The notes below the pieces were generated by a model that ran no database searches, had not been told where the DNA came from, and worked only from the letters and a program-made list of their open reading frames with translations. This document shows, piece by piece, positions 50,247 to 64,000 of a DNA stretch of 64,000 nucleotides. How positions within the stretch are numbered: position 1 is the first letter of the stretch; each line of letters opens with the position of its first letter. The translations under genes were made by a program, and so were the position numbers. Origin of the DNA: Paraspadella gotoi (Eukaryota > Animalia > Chaetognatha); NCBI GenBank assembly GCA_051294375.1, contig CM119263.1, positions 14,807,574-14,871,573 of the forward strand, given 5' to 3'.

Positions 50247-52407
50247 AGGGTTATTTATAATTTATATCCGAGGTTCGTAAATTTTTATTTGTTTGCTTCT
50301 TATCGTGAAAACAAAAATTTGTTTTTGAAATATGATACTGATTAAAAAAATGGCGAAAATATTAGATTTGTGATATATTTTTTGTTTTTTACCTTCCCAG
50401 GATATAAATCTCTCAACTCTTGTTATCCGAATAATAATCTTGAATTTCTAAAACCTCTCTTCATCCTCCGCCCCTCCCCCCCCTCCGCCCCTTTGAAAAA
50501 AAACCCGTTCGAGCACAAATTCGGGAATATATCGGGAAAAACAAAGACTCGGAGAGGCATCCCACATCGCAGCGTCAATCTCGCACGAAAGCGTACGCGG
50601 ACAAAACAACAACAACGACGACGACGAGATAATCAATGTCATCATCCACGGAAAATCTCGACAGTAATTGATTTTTAAAACTCAGCGGTTGTGCATGTTT
50701 ACAGTTCCCTAGTAACTCAGCAACGACAACAATGACGACGACAGTGAACCGAAAAAACTCGATCGATAATTGACAAGGAGAAAAGCCGAGTCCGGGGCAG
50801 CCATTAAAAAGGGACGAACCCGGAATATAGCAAAAGGTGAATTTGACAAATAACGAGACGGAGAAACGACGATTCGATGTTTTTACGACAAAGATACGTA
50901 CAGAGTCGTACATTCGAAAAAAAAGATTTTATATCGCTTCAGNNNNNNNNNNNNNNNNNNNNNNNNNCCGTTTTCTTCCCCTTCATCTCTTCTGGATTTC
51001 TTCCTATACTTTTTTCTCTTTTCTTTTCGTTTCTGCGCCATTATCCGTATTCTGTCACTCTGTTTTTCCTCATATTCTTTCTCCCTTTCTCGAGTTCTTC
51101 ATATACATCTTTTTTTTTTCTCATCAGATTCAGTTATTTCGTCTCGTTCTTCTTCTTTTCTCGCTCTTCTACCTCCTTTTTCCACATCTCTCCGTCATTT
51201 CCGGTTTTCCAATTAGGCCCAACGCCAAGCGTCGAGGGAGACATGAAAGGAATGAAGGAAACAAGAGAAGAGAAGAAGGAGGAAAGAAGAGAGCAAAAGA
51301 AACGTGGAAATCGAGACGAGAGAACGACTTTGAGAAAGAGAGAAAGAGGGAAATGGTAAAAATAATATATAGAAGTGAATTAGAGATGAGCGACATCAAC
51401 GGAGAGGAAGGAAAATCTTTGGGGTAAAAAAAAGATTTGGATTCAACAACAAATTTTTAAAAAAAGAAAAAACATCAAAAAGAAACAAACAAACAAACAA
51501 AAAAAAAAAAAAAAACCCAGAAAAAAGATACAAAAATCTTGTCAGCGCGACGTTCATTGGCTTGTTAACTTCTGACGTGAAGAACATTAATTAACTCAAG
51601 AAACAAGAAGATACTTATGTGAAATGAGATACGAATTAAAAAAAACAATAAATAAGAAAAAAGAGAGATTAAATACGATAAACAAATTAAACATATGAAT
51701 GGAATGACAAGAGACCGAAACGACAAAGTATAGAATCAATATCTCGAGAGAAAAAAAAAAGAAAAACATCCGAAATCTAGAAAGAAAAAAATTACAAAAC
51801 GAAGTAAAAAAAATTTAAAAAAAATTAGAAAAAGGGAAACCGAAGCTGGTTTTCCACCGCGGGATGCGTATTCGATCTTCTTGGAAGCTTTATTAAAAAA
51901 AACGTCGCCATGGAATCCTCAATTTCCCTTTTTTTTTCTCTGTCGATATTTTTTTGAATTTTTTATTCGCTCGGAGTGTGGGTCGCGAAGTGAGAGCTAA
52001 GTTGTGCAATCTGTGTGAGGAGGCCAAGAATAAAAAAAAGGGATAAGATGAAGAGTTTGAAGACGAACGAAGCGATTCAAGGATGGTTATTAAATTAAAT
52101 ACGTAAATATTCATAGATGAGATATTTTAATATTGTCTTTACTCGATTTGGGGATAAGCGGTGTCGGAGTCGGTGTCGGCACTCGAGCGAGGCCAACGTC
52201 GCCCGCGAGATTCCATGTTTATTATTTTTCCAGATTTTCATTTTTATTCTTTACGCATTCAAATCCCACGGATTTCATCCCCGCGAATTTTTTATCCTCT
52301 TTTCGGAGAAATTTTTTTTTTTTTCTGTTAATAACTCTCTCTTCCTTCGAGCTCGTCGTCTGAAGATTGCATTTTTTTGAGGGGTTATGTTAATTAGATT
52401 GTTTGCC

Positions 52408-55400
52408 GAACAAGTTTCAGAGTAAGAATGATTTATTCTTCAACAACGTTATAAACAATAACAGTCAAAATGCTCAGATGCTAAGTCTATTACAATGGTA
52501 TTTACAAAGGTCAACGTTTGACCATAAAGGTCAACCGTTTTGACCATAAATAAGTTGGGGGAATTGAGCGAGGTAAGGTTAGTAAGGTCATGTGTTTGAC
52601 CAGGTTGCGTGTTCTAGATGTTCGTCCACACATCCCCCCACCAAGCCTTTGACCGGGTGGGGAGAAGCTTGAAGGAGTTATTGGATTGCGTCGTCGTTTT
52701 CATCGTCGTCTTCCGGCGGCTGAAGCATCGTCGGAAGGATGCTGATAAGACCAGGGATTGATGAAGATTGTCGGCTAGCGACTTGCGGCGTAGTGGAAAC
52801 GCGAGTGGCGTCGCTTCCGTTTCCGGAGGCGGGGCGTGGATGGAGCTGCTGAACACGCGGCGACCATGTGGTCGCCCCTGCGGTGGATCAGGTAGTGCGA
52901 CTTCCGCTTCAGTGGCGGAGCTGTTGAAGTACGCGGGCGACCGCGTGGTCGCGCCTGCGGTGGTCAGGTGGTGCGACTTCATCGTGATGGCAGGTTTGAG
53001 TCGATCAACAGAGATCACTTCGACGCCACGGCCGGTATTTCGATTTTGAAAGTTTTTGGACCATGTTCGAGGACGTTGTAAGGGCCGTCGTAAGGCGTTG
53101 GAGCGGCGTCGAATGTCGTCGCGTCGGATGTAGACCGTCGGCGTCAGCGGCATTTCCGGCACATGAGAGGGCGGCGCCGCATGCCAAGCGGCAGGCAGAG
53201 GCTGCATGAGAGCAACATCTGCTCGAAGATTGTCGAGGATTCGCGAGCGGCGCGGCGTCGACGTCGGTTGTTGGACCGGAAGTAGCTCGCCAGGGAGCGT
53301 CAGAGTCTCACCCAGCGTTAGCTCTGCGGGGAGGCGTCTGAATCTTCTCGCGGAGTTGCGCGGAGGCTCAAGAGAGTCCATGGGAGCTGCGCCAGCCAGT
53401 TATGTCCGGCGGCGTCGCAGCGGGCGCGAGGGCTGCCTTTAGCGTCCGATGAAGGCGCTCGACCATCCCGTTGGCTTGGGGTGTAGGCGGTCGTCGTGGA
53501 AGGGTCAAAGCCGACTACCGCCGCCACTTGGCGCCACAATTCCGATGTGAATGCGCGCCACGATCGGTGGTGACGACGGAAGGAACGCCAAACCGGGAGA
53601 CCCAGTTCTGCAGGAAGGCGGCGCGACGGAGGCGGCGGAGGTGTCACGAAGCGCGCCGCCTCCGGCCAGCGCGTGAAGCGTCAATCATCGTCAGAAGATG
53701 AGTATGACCAGAGACGGCTGCAGGGCCCACCAGATCAATGTGAACGTGAGCGAAACGTTTGGCTGGTGGTTCGAATTTCTGGAGTGGCGCGCGGACGTGG
53801 CGCTGCGTCTTGGCGCGCTGGCAAGTGTCGCATGACCCTGCCCATCGTGCAATGTCGGATGAGGCTGATGGCCATACGAAGCGCGTCGTCACAAGCTTTT
53901 GGACGCGCGAACTCCCGGGTGAGCGATGCCATGGGTGGCATCAAAAACGCGTCGGCGCCATGACGCCGGAACGAGTGGGCGTGCCGGGAGCCGGAGATGT
54001 CGCAAATGAGCGTCGTGTTGCTGATTGGGACGTTTTGAGACGGAGCGCCGTATGGGATCATTGAGAAGCCGTTGGACATCGTCGTCAGTGCTTGATCAGC
54101 CGCCATTGCCTCAAAGTTGACTTGGAGGGCGCCGACGGCGTTGACGGTGGCGCGATGTCCTCGCGCTCTTTTTGCGCGTTCAAGTTCGCTTTAGGTTGAT
54201 CTGTAGGATGTCGACGGTGGCGGCGCTGGCGAAGGAGTTGGCGGCGGGAGAGGCGTCAGCGACGACGTTCGCCTTTCCGGCATGTGACGATGTCGCCGTA
54301 TATTCGGCGATGCCCGCCAGTTGATAGGTTTGCCTCATGGTGTGAGGCTCGGCCTTCTTCGCAGCGCCGGCACGAGCGAGATGTGGTCGCTAAAAAGTGT
54401 GAAACGGCGTCCTTCAACGTATGGTCGGAAATGGCGGATTGATGCGTGAGCGCGAGGAGTTCTTGTCGAACGGCGGCCATTTGCGTTGGTTGGATTTCAG
54501 TGGCTTTGAATGAATCCCAGGGTTGCCATTGGCCGTCGACGAGCTGTTCGAGGACGGCACCGACGGCAACGTCGAGGGCGTCGACAGTGAGAGCGAGAGG
54601 AGCGCCGTCGATCGGGTGGACCAGCATTGTGGAGTCGGCAAGGGCGTCCTGATCGCTGGAAGCGGCGTCCTGCGGGGCGCCCATTTTAGCACACGTGGCT
54701 TTCCACGGAGGACTTCGAGGAGGGGGTCGAGATGATGTGCAGCGTGGGGTACGAATCGACGATAGTAGTTGAAAACCCCCAGGAAACGTGAAGTTCTTGA
54801 CGGTGGTGGGCGTGGCCATCTCGCGTAGCGCCTCTACTTCGACGGAAGGGCGGACGCCATCTTTGTTGACGTTGTAGCCGAGAAACTCCAGGTGGAGCAC
54901 CGAAAACGCATTTGGCGCGGTTGACGATGAGGCCTTGTCGGCGAGGGCGTTGAAGACACGCTTGAGGTCCTCCTGATGCTCTTCGTGAGAATGTGATGCT
55001 ACGAGGAGGTCATCTAAGTAGACGAAGACGTGGGGAATGCCGCTCAGGACTTGATCCATCATACGTTGGAAATCCTGACCGGCGTTTTTCAACCCAAATG
55101 GCATGAGAGGAACTCATAGAGGCCGAACGGCGTGATGATCGCCGTTTTATGACGATCTTCTTTCGCGACGGGGATCTGGTGGTACCCTTGCAGAGGTCGA
55201 TCTTCGAGAAGACCGTCTTCCCGGCGACATCGGCGTTGAAGTCCATGAGGTGGCGGATCGGTAGCGATCGTCGACGGTGACACCATTGAGGCGTCGATAG
55301 TCACCGCATGGACGAAGGGAGCCGTCGGTTTCCGAGTGACGTGTAGCGGCGACGCCCACGCAGACGTTGAGCGCCGGATAATCCCGAGTTCCAGCATCTT

Positions 55401-57915
55401 CTCAAACTCGGCCTTGGCGCGGCGAGCTGATCAGGGGCGAGGCGGCGAGCGCGGGCAAAACGGGCGGACCTTTCGTTGGAATATGATGCTCGACGCCGTG
55501 CTTGGGTGGCGCCGAGTTAAAGACGAGTTTCGTGAGTTCTGGTCGCCATCTAAAAGAGAGGAGTAGGCGTCGCGGACGTGGAGGACCGGGACGGCGCCGC
55601 GCGGAGCGGCGTCGTGGCATGGCAGAGATGACCATGTAATGTCAAGATCGAGGAGGATGCGGCGTTGATGATCAACACCGAGATGGTGCTCCATCAAAAA
55701 GTCGGCGCCGAGAAGGGCGTGGCGACATCGGCGATGATGACGAGATACGGGAAAACGCGTTTCCGAGTCGAATCCCCATCTCTCGGATGCCGAAAGTTTC
55801 GATCGCGTGTCGTTGGCGGCGCGGAGTGGCGGGCATTGGCGGCGCGAGCGCCGCCTTGACGGCGGCAGGTCCGCCTTGGCGGCGGCACGATCGGCGGAGA
55901 GGCGGGGATGAGCGTCGCCTCGGAGCCGCCGTCGACGAGCCACTCCAGGCCGCGTCAGGGTCGCGCCGAGGAAGAGTTTTGAGTCGTTTCCGCCGGCGAC
56001 CGGGCGACTAGCGGCCGCCGGCGTTGGCATTTGACGGGTGCCATGGCATGGGCGGCCGTTCGCGGTTAGTTCCATGGCATTTGGAACGCGTTGGCACCAA
56101 AGTTGAAGATGGTAGAAACACTTGCGCTTCACCCATGGGTGCGGCGCGCTGTGGAGGGTATGCGGGGCGTCAAAATTGGGCGCCGTTGCTGCTGCGTTTG
56201 CGCTGCTGCATTGGGCCGTTGCTGTGATGGCGCTGCTGTGAGAGAAGGGGCGCTGCGTTGAGCGCGGGTGCAGCTCTGTCTTACTCTTGCGTTTGCTGTA
56301 CGAGATGGCGGCGTTGCTATCCTCGGTGTTTGATGAATCGTCCAGAAGCTCCAGTGGCTCGTCCGATGGACCTCACTGGATGGTGACGGCGGTTCACCGT
56401 GATGAGGGGCGATCGGAAAGCTTCTGAGTTTGGCCGACGGGAGGGAAGAATTTCGTCGGCATCCTTGGCGATGTCGACGCGGCTTTTGTCCTTCCTGACA
56501 GCGTGTTCCCGGACGCTTTGAGGAAGGGCGGCGAGCAATGATGCGCACCTTGATATTATCTATTGGTGAGGCCTTCGAGGACGCGTCGATCGCAGAGAGG
56601 TGCTGGGAAGAGAGTGACCTTTCAGTGACGTCTCTTCAGCGCTTTTGCGGCGCGCCTGTGGTCTTCGCCATAGATCTTCTGCAAGTGGAGGACCAGGTTC
56701 TTGTGAGGCGTCCTGGACCTTCGTCGATGCGGTAAAAGACCGTGTGGAATCAGCCACCGGGGGGCTGGGGGCGGGAGATTGGTATTGGCGCTGAGGGTTT
56801 TAGCGCCTTCTTCTCCGCCGGGCTCGGTGACGCCGCGTTGGCTGCCGAATTCCACAGCGGTTGGTCTAGCCACTCTTCGATGTGTCCGCGGTCGAAAGTC
56901 GTCAGCTTAGGATTTCTCCTTCTTGCAGGGGCATGGAAGGGAGGTCGAGGTGGGTTGGTTCGTCCGCGGGGTGGCGGCGTCGCTTGGCGCCGTCTTCCAC
57001 TGTATGGGGGCAACTACCGTTGAAGCGGTGCTATGCGTCCGCTGAAGGAGGGCTTTGGTCTTTCCCTGTTACCGCGGCTCCAGTTTGGCATTTGATTGAC
57101 TCAAAGACCATTTGAAAAAAGTTTCTCCAATTTGTACTTCGGAGACAGTCGCGGAGTATGAGGAGCGCGTCGTGAACGCAGTCATCTCGGCCGGCGTTGT
57201 CGGAGTGGGGAAGCGTTTCGCGTATGTCACAGGCATTGGCGGTTCTCCTCTTCGTCAGCTGGCGTTGCAGGCGCGTGAGAACACTTGGATGGTGTGAATG
57301 CAGGCATTTTAAAAAAGGTAATTCAATTTGAAAATTATTTGCGTTGAAAAATGGTTCGAGTTTGAAAAAAATGATTCAATTTTAAAAATACTCGTTTGAG
57401 TTGAAAAAAAAAAAAATATGAGTTAAAAAAAAAAATATTTGTTTGGGTTGAAAAAAGAAAAAAAAATAGTTGAAAATGATTCGAATCGAAAACTTTTAAA
57501 GAGAAAAAAATAATTTGGCAAAAAGCTGAGACGTAGAGATTTTGTTTTCGATTTCGTTGAGTTTCGTTTTTTTTCTTTGTTTTTTTGCTTTCTTTCTTTT
57601 TTTGTTTTTTTTTTGTTTTTTTTGTCTCGTTTTATCTTTATTTTGTATTTTCCACGTCGGGCTCACCACGTGTGGACGCAAACAAGTTTAGAGTAAGATA
57701 TTATTTATTCATTCAACAACGTTATTAAACAATAACAGTCAAAATGCTCAGATGCTAAGTCTATATACAAGTAAGTATTTACAAAGGTCAACGTATTGAC
57801 CATAAAGGTCAACGTTTTGGGACAAATAAATAAGTTGGGGTAATTGAGCGAGATTAAGTTCAGTAAGGTCATTGTGGTTGACCGTGGTTGCGTGTTCTCG
57901 AGTGTTTCGTCCACA
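52408..57915 (-). mobile_element. Gypsy element copy 2 (LTRs about 52408-52630 and 57671-57915)
   Basis: Same PBS (57653-57668), PPT and right flank as copy 1; pol ORF translations are identical to copy 1; the left LTR terminus is garbled. Confidence 0.9.
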
Positions 57916-58864
57916 AGGGTTATTTATAATTTATATCCGAGGTTCGTAAATTTTTATTTGTTTGCTTCTTTATCGTGAAAACAAAAATTTGTTTTTGAAA
58001 TATGATACTGATTAAAAAAAATGGCGAAAATATTAGATTTGTGATATATTTTTTTGTTTTTTACCTTCCCAGGATATAAATCTCTCAACTCTTGTTATCC
58101 GAATAATAATCTCTTGAATTTTCTAAAACCTCTCTTTCATCCTCCGCCCCCCTCCCCCCCCCTCCGCCCCCCTTTGAAAAAAAAACCCGTTTCGAGGCAC
58201 AAATTCGGGAATATATCGGGAAAAACAAAGACTCGGAGAGGGCATCCCGCATCGCAGCGTCAATCTCGCACGAAAGCGTACGCGGACAAAACAACAACAA
58301 CGACGACGACGAAGATAATCAATAGTCATCATCCCACGGAAAATTCTCGACAGTAATTGATTTTTAAAACTCAGCGGTTGTGCATGTTTTACAGTTCCCC
58401 TAGTAACCTCAGCAACGACAACAATGACGACGACAGTGGAACCGAAAAAACTCGATCGATAATTGACAAGGAGAAAAGCCGAGTCCGGGGCAGCCATTAA
58501 AAAGGGACGAACCCGGAATATAGCAAAAGGTGAATTTGACAAATAACGAGACGGAGAAACGACGATTCGATGTTTTTACGACAAAGATACGTACAGAGTC
58601 GTACATTCGAAAAAAAAGATTTTATATCGCTTCAGTCGCCGAAGCGAATCCAGTTGTTTACGTTCGAAATTAAAATACAATTGAGTTTCTCGATTTAAAA
58701 TACCTTCGACAGTCAGGAAGACGAAAAGCGAAAATAAAAAAAAATAAGAGTAAAAATAAAAAAAAGAAATAATCCCAGCGAAGAAATAAGAGGGAAGAGC
58801 GAAGGTATAATAAGCGCAAATAAGGACTGAACAGTGAACAGATCGATTCCGACACAAACACTCG

Positions 58865-58908
<44 letters not shown>

Positions 58909-59543
58909 ATTTCGTCATTAGTATTCATAAAAATTCATAACTCCCGCTATCGTAAGAAAAAAAATTATTTCTCACCGAGAAAAATAAAAATGAAATGAGC
59001 ATTAAACATTGACTGCGTGTGAAGGAACGCAGCGAGTGGCTCCGATTGCCGGGGCTAATCACCGACAGCAACGACGAATCTGCGTGCGAAGCCGAGACCG
59101 AAAAAAAAAGTCAAACTCACTTCCAAATAAATCACTTTTGTTTCTTTTTTTAAAAAACAGAGCAAAACAGACGTCGCCTTGTTACAAGCGTAAAGTATTA
59201 TCTGCTCCGTTTCGCCCAATTTGATTAGCGACAATGAAGAGAAACGAAAAAAAAAAGGAGGAGCAGAGAGAAGAGAGAGAGAGAGGAAAGATGAGAGAGA
59301 TAACGGGAGAGGAGGAGAGAGAGATGAGAGAGAGGGAGAGGAGGAGGAGATGAGAGAGAAGAGAGAGGCGCCAATAAATTCTTTCGATAGATATCAACAA
59401 CGAGTTATCTTTATGGCAAGACGACTGAATGGCACCCACTTCATTGCTGACTCATCATTCCCTTGGGATCCCTTCACTCTCTCGAAAAAAGAAGGAAAAA
59501 AAAGAAAAGAAAAGAAAAGAAAAAAAGAAAGAAAGAAAGAAAA

Positions 59544-59575
<32 letters not shown>

Positions 59576-60344
59576 AAAAAAAAAAGAAAGAAAAGAAAAG
59601 AAGAGAAAGAAGAAAGAAGAGAGAAAGAAAGAAAGAAAGAAAGAAGAGAATAGACAAGAAGAAAGAAAAAAGAAAGAAGAAATAAACAGAAAGAGAGAAA
59701 GAAAGAAAAACTAGAGAAAGAAAGGACAGACAGACAGATAGACAGACAGACAGACAGGCAGAAAAGAAACAGTGACACAGACTTCTGACCCCAGATATGA
59801 TTATCAGCGGTTATCTCTACTTCATCGCACCTGCATGGCTCCTCATTAACTGAACGCTTCGAACAAAGTTCAAACCCTGAAATAATCCCTGCGAACCGCC
59901 CCTCTCTTCCCTCCCCCACTCAGTCTTTTAAGCTGTCGGGAATAGAGAGAGCCACCACCCGGGGTAACAGGGCCGCCACCAGCACCACCACCGGGTCCAA
60001 CCACCGCCATTGCCACCGCCATTGCCACCGCCACCGCCACCGACGGCCTCACTCAACCCGTGGGCGTTTGCTGAGATCTCATAGATCGTTTCTCTCTGCT
60101 AATGATTCTGTCAGAGAATCTTCTTCTAAAACCTCTGAATCGTCTTTGACTTGGGAAAGAGTTGAAAAGAATTCGGGTTTTTTTTTTTCGGTGAAAATCG
60201 ATCGCGATCAAATTACATGAAAAAAGGAACATTTTTTTTCATTCGTAAAATGATACTAATCTTCATTAAAACTATATTCGTAGTTTTTGCAGAGATGTTC
60301 ACCCAGACTTTTTCGCATGAATGTTCTTACTTTGTTCAGCGCAC

Positions 60345-62425
60345 AGGAGAGAGTTTTGAGTCGTTTCCGCCGGCGACGCGGGCGACTAGCGGCCGACCGG
60401 CGTTGCATTGACGGGTGCCATGGCATGTGCGGCCAGTTCCGCGGTTAGTTTCCATGGCATCTTGGAACGCGTTTGGCACCAAGTTGAAGATGGTAGAAAC
60501 ACTTGCGCTTCTTCAACCCTATGGAGCGGTCGCGCGTGTGTGGAGGGTCATGAGCGGGGCGTCAAAATTGGGCGCCCGTTGCTGACTGCGTTTGCGCTGC
60601 TGCATTTTGGGGCCGTTGCTGTGATGGGCCGCTGCTGTGAGTGAGGAAGGGGCGCTGCGTTGAGCGGCGAAAGGTGCAGCTCTGTCTTACTCTTGCGGTT
60701 TGCTGTACGAGATGGCGGCGTTCTATCCTCGGTGTTTGAGAATCGTCCATGAAGCTCCAGTGGCTCGTCCGTATGGACCTCACTGATGGTGACGGCGGTT
60801 CACCGTGGATGAGGAGGCGATCGGAAAGCTTCTGAGTTTGGCCGACGGGGAGGGAAGAATTTCGTCGGCAATCCTTGGCGATGTCGGACGCGGCTTTTGT
60901 CCTTCCTGACAGCGTTGTTCCCGGACGGCTTTTTTGAGGAAGGGCGGCGAGCAATGATGGCGGCACCTTTGTATTATCTATTGGTGAGGCCTTCGAGGGA
61001 CGCGTCGTCGCAGAGAGGGTGCTGGGAAGAAGTGACGCCTTTCTAGTGACGTCTCTTCAGCGCTTTTGCGGCGCGCCTGTGGTCTTCGCCATAGATCTTC
61101 TGCAATGTGGAAGGACCAGGTTCTCTGTGAGGCCGTCCTGGACCTTCGTCGATGCGGTAAAAAGACCGTGTGGAGATCAGCCACCGGGGGGCCCCTGTGG
61201 GGGGGAGAAGATTGGTATTGGCCGCTGAGGGTTTTAGCGCCTTCTTCTCCGCCGGGCTCGGTGACGCCGCGGTTGGCTGCCGAATTCCACAGCGGTTGGT
61301 CTAGCCACTTTCGATGTGGTCCGCGGGTCGAAAGTCGTCAGCTTTTAGGATTTCTCCTTCTTGCAGGGGCATGGAAGGGGGTCTGAGGGTGGGTTGGTTA
61401 CTGTCCGCGGGGCTGGCGGGCGTCGCTTGGCGCCGTCTTCACTGTTGGCGGGCAACTTATCCGTTGAAGCGGTGGCTGATGCGTCGCTGAAGTGAGGGCT
61501 TTGGTTCTTTCCCCTGTTACCGCGGGCTCCTAGTTTGGCATTTTGATTGATCTCAAAGACCATTTGCAAAAAAAGTTTTCTCCAATTTGTACTTCGGAGA
61601 CAGTCGCGGAGTATGAGGAGCGCCGTCGTGAACGCAGTACATCTCGGCCGGGCGTTGTCGGAGTGGGGAAGCGTTTTCGCGTATTTCACAGGCATTGGCG
61701 GTTTCTCCCTCTTCGTCAGCTGGCGTTGCAGGCGGTGAGAAACACTTGGATGGTGTGAATGCAGGCATTTTAAAAAAGGTTTAATTCAATTTGAAAAATT
61801 ATTTGCGTATGAAAAATGGATTCGAGTTTGAAAAAAATGATTCAATTTTTAAAAAATACTCGTTTGAGTTGAAAAAAAAAAAAATATGAGTTAAAAAAAA
61901 AAATATTTGTTTGGGTTGAAAAAAGAAAAAAAAATAGTTTTGAAAAATGGATTCGAATCGAAAACTTTTTAAAAGAGAAAAAAATAATCTTTGGCAAAAA
62001 GCTGAGGAGAGTAGAGATTTTGTTTTTCGATTTCGTTGAGTTTCGTTTTTTTTTTTCTTTTGTTTTTTTGCTTTTCTTTCTTTTTTTTGTTTTTTTTTTG
62101 TTTTTTGTTGTCTCGTTTTTATCTTTATTTTGTATTTTCCACGTCGGGCTCACCCGTGTGGACGCGCAAACAAGTTTAGAGTAAAGATAATTATTATTCA
62201 TTCAACAACGTTATTTATAAACAATTAACAGTCAAAATCTCTAGATGCTAAGTCTATATACAAGGTAAAGTTTTACAAAAGGGTCAACGTATTTGACCAT
62301 AAAGGTCAACGTTTTGGGGTTTTGACAATATAAATAAGTTGGGGTAATGAGCGATGATTAAGTCAGTAAGGTCATTGTTGGTTTTTGACCGTTGGTTGGC
62401 GTGTTCTCGAAGTGTTTCGTCCACA
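60345..62425 (-). mobile_element. Gypsy element partial copy 3 (5' LTR 62157-62425, PBS, gag)
   Basis: Insertion-rich match to about 55966-57915; ends abruptly just after the gag stop. Confidence 0.88.
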
Positions 62426-64000
62426 AGGGGTTATGTTAGTTTATTATAATTTAATCCGAGGTTCGTAAAAAATTTTATTTGTTGCTTCTTTATTCGTGAA
62501 AACAAAAATATTTGTTTCTTATGAATATGATACTGCATTAAGAAAATGGCCGAAAATATTAGATTTGTGATATTTTTTATTTGTTTTTACCCTTCCCAGG
62601 ATATAATCTCTTCAACTCTGTTATCGAAATAATAATCTCTTGAAAAATTTTCTTTCAAAATCCTCTCTTTCATCCTCCGCCCCCCCCCCCCTCCCCCCCC
62701 CTCCGCACCCCTGTTGAGAAAAAAGAAAACCCGTTTTCGAGGCCCAAATTCGGGAATATATCGGTGAAAAACAAGGACTCGGACGAGGGCATCCCGCATC
62801 GCAGCACGTCAATCTCGCACAAGAAAGCTTTAGCGTCACGCGGAACCAACACAACCAACAACGACGACTGACGAAAGATAATCAATAGTCACATCCCACG
62901 AGGAAAATTCTCGACAGTTAATGTTATGTTTTAAAAACTTCAGCGGTTGATGCATGTTTTACAGCCCCTAGTAACCTCAATAGCAAACGACAACCAATGA
63001 CGACGACAGTCTGGAACCGAAAACAACTCGTTATCGATAATTGACAAGGAGAAAAAGCCGAGTCCGGGGCAGCCATTTTAAAAAAGGGACGACACCCGGG
63101 TATAGCAAAGGGATGAATTGACAAAATAACGAGACGGAGAAAAAAAGAGAAACCGACGCGATTCCGATGTTTTTTACGACAAGAGATACGCTACAAGTCG
63201 TACCATTCGAAAAAAAAGTTTTATATCTCTGCTCTCGCAGGCTCAGGCTGAAGCCCTTGATCTCCGAGAGCGATCCGTTGTTTACGTTCGAAATTAAAAT
63301 CAATTGAGAAGTTTCTCGATTTTAAAATACCTTCGACAGTCAGGGAAGACGAAACAGCGAAATTAAAAAAAAAATAAGAGTAAAAATAAAAAAAAGAACA
63401 AATAATCCCAGCAGAGAATAACGAGGGAAAGGCGAGCGTTGCATTATAATAAGCCGCAAATAGACACGGTACTGAACAGTGAACACGATCTTCCGACACA
63501 AACACCTCTCTTCTCCTACTTTACTCTCTCTCCTCTCTCTCTCATCTCTCTTCTCTCTCTCTCTGTCTCTCTCTAATCTCTCTCTCTCTCTCTCTCTCCT
63601 CTCATCTCTCTTCTCTCTTCTCGTCGATTATACGTGTCCATTATCTAAAAATTCCATAACTCCGCGTATCGTAAGAAAAAAAATTATTCTCACCGAGGAA
63701 AATAAAAAATGAAATGAGCATTAAAACATGACTGCGTGTGAAGGAAAACGCAGCAGAGTGGCTCCGATTGCCGGGGCTAATCACCGACAGCAACGACGAA
63801 TCTGCTCGTGCGAAGCCGAGACCGAAAAAAAAAAAGTCAAACTCACTTCCAAATAAATCATTTTTGTTTCTTTTTTTAAAAAACAGAGCAAAACAGACGT
63901 CGCCTTGTTACAAGCGTAAAGTATTATCCTGCTCCGTTTCGCCCAATTTGATTAGCGACAAGAGGAAAAGAAAAAAAAAAAAAAAAAAAAGAGAGAGAGA
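62426..64000. repeat. Noisy duplicate of the flank at about 57916-59250
   Basis: Collinear with 57916-59250 with many short insertions. Confidence 0.88.

Larger units (their letters stand above)
43496..58635. repeat. About 7.5-kb tandem duplication (43496-50942 and 50968-58635) separated by a 25-N gap
   Basis: Flanks and retroelement are repeated; offset is 7522 nt across pol; differences are almost all homopolymer indels. Confidence 0.9.

Overview
Eukaryotic (invertebrate animal, probably protostome) genomic DNA from an error-prone long-read assembly with many N-gaps, homopolymer indels and apparent false duplications. Supported content: (1) the probable last exon of an unidentified + strand gene at about 1.8-2.1 kb; (2) a complete two-exon Ly6/uPAR three-finger gene of the quiver/sleepless family, closest in motif pattern to Drosophila crooked (5235-6144, +); (3) a 7-exon GIPC (kermit-like) PDZ gene on the - strand from ATG 37878 to stop 10710, reconstructed by hand with all splice phases compatible (1233 nt, 410 aa) and with an unusually long low-complexity N-terminus; (4) a Ty3/Gypsy LTR retrotransposon of the CsRn1/Kabuki-like type (about 228-bp LTRs, AGGG target-site duplication, tRNA-Trp PBS, CHCC gag), present as two full copies and one partial copy that are probably one locus assembled three times; (5) many micro- and minisatellites. 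No rRNA, tRNA gene or CRISPR array was seen, and I cannot claim a new biological system. The best leads are a dense cluster of nuclear-receptor half-sites in the LTR U3, a possible UAG read-through gag-pol junction, candidate alternative N-terminal GIPC exons and a candidate antisense exon nested in a GIPC intron.
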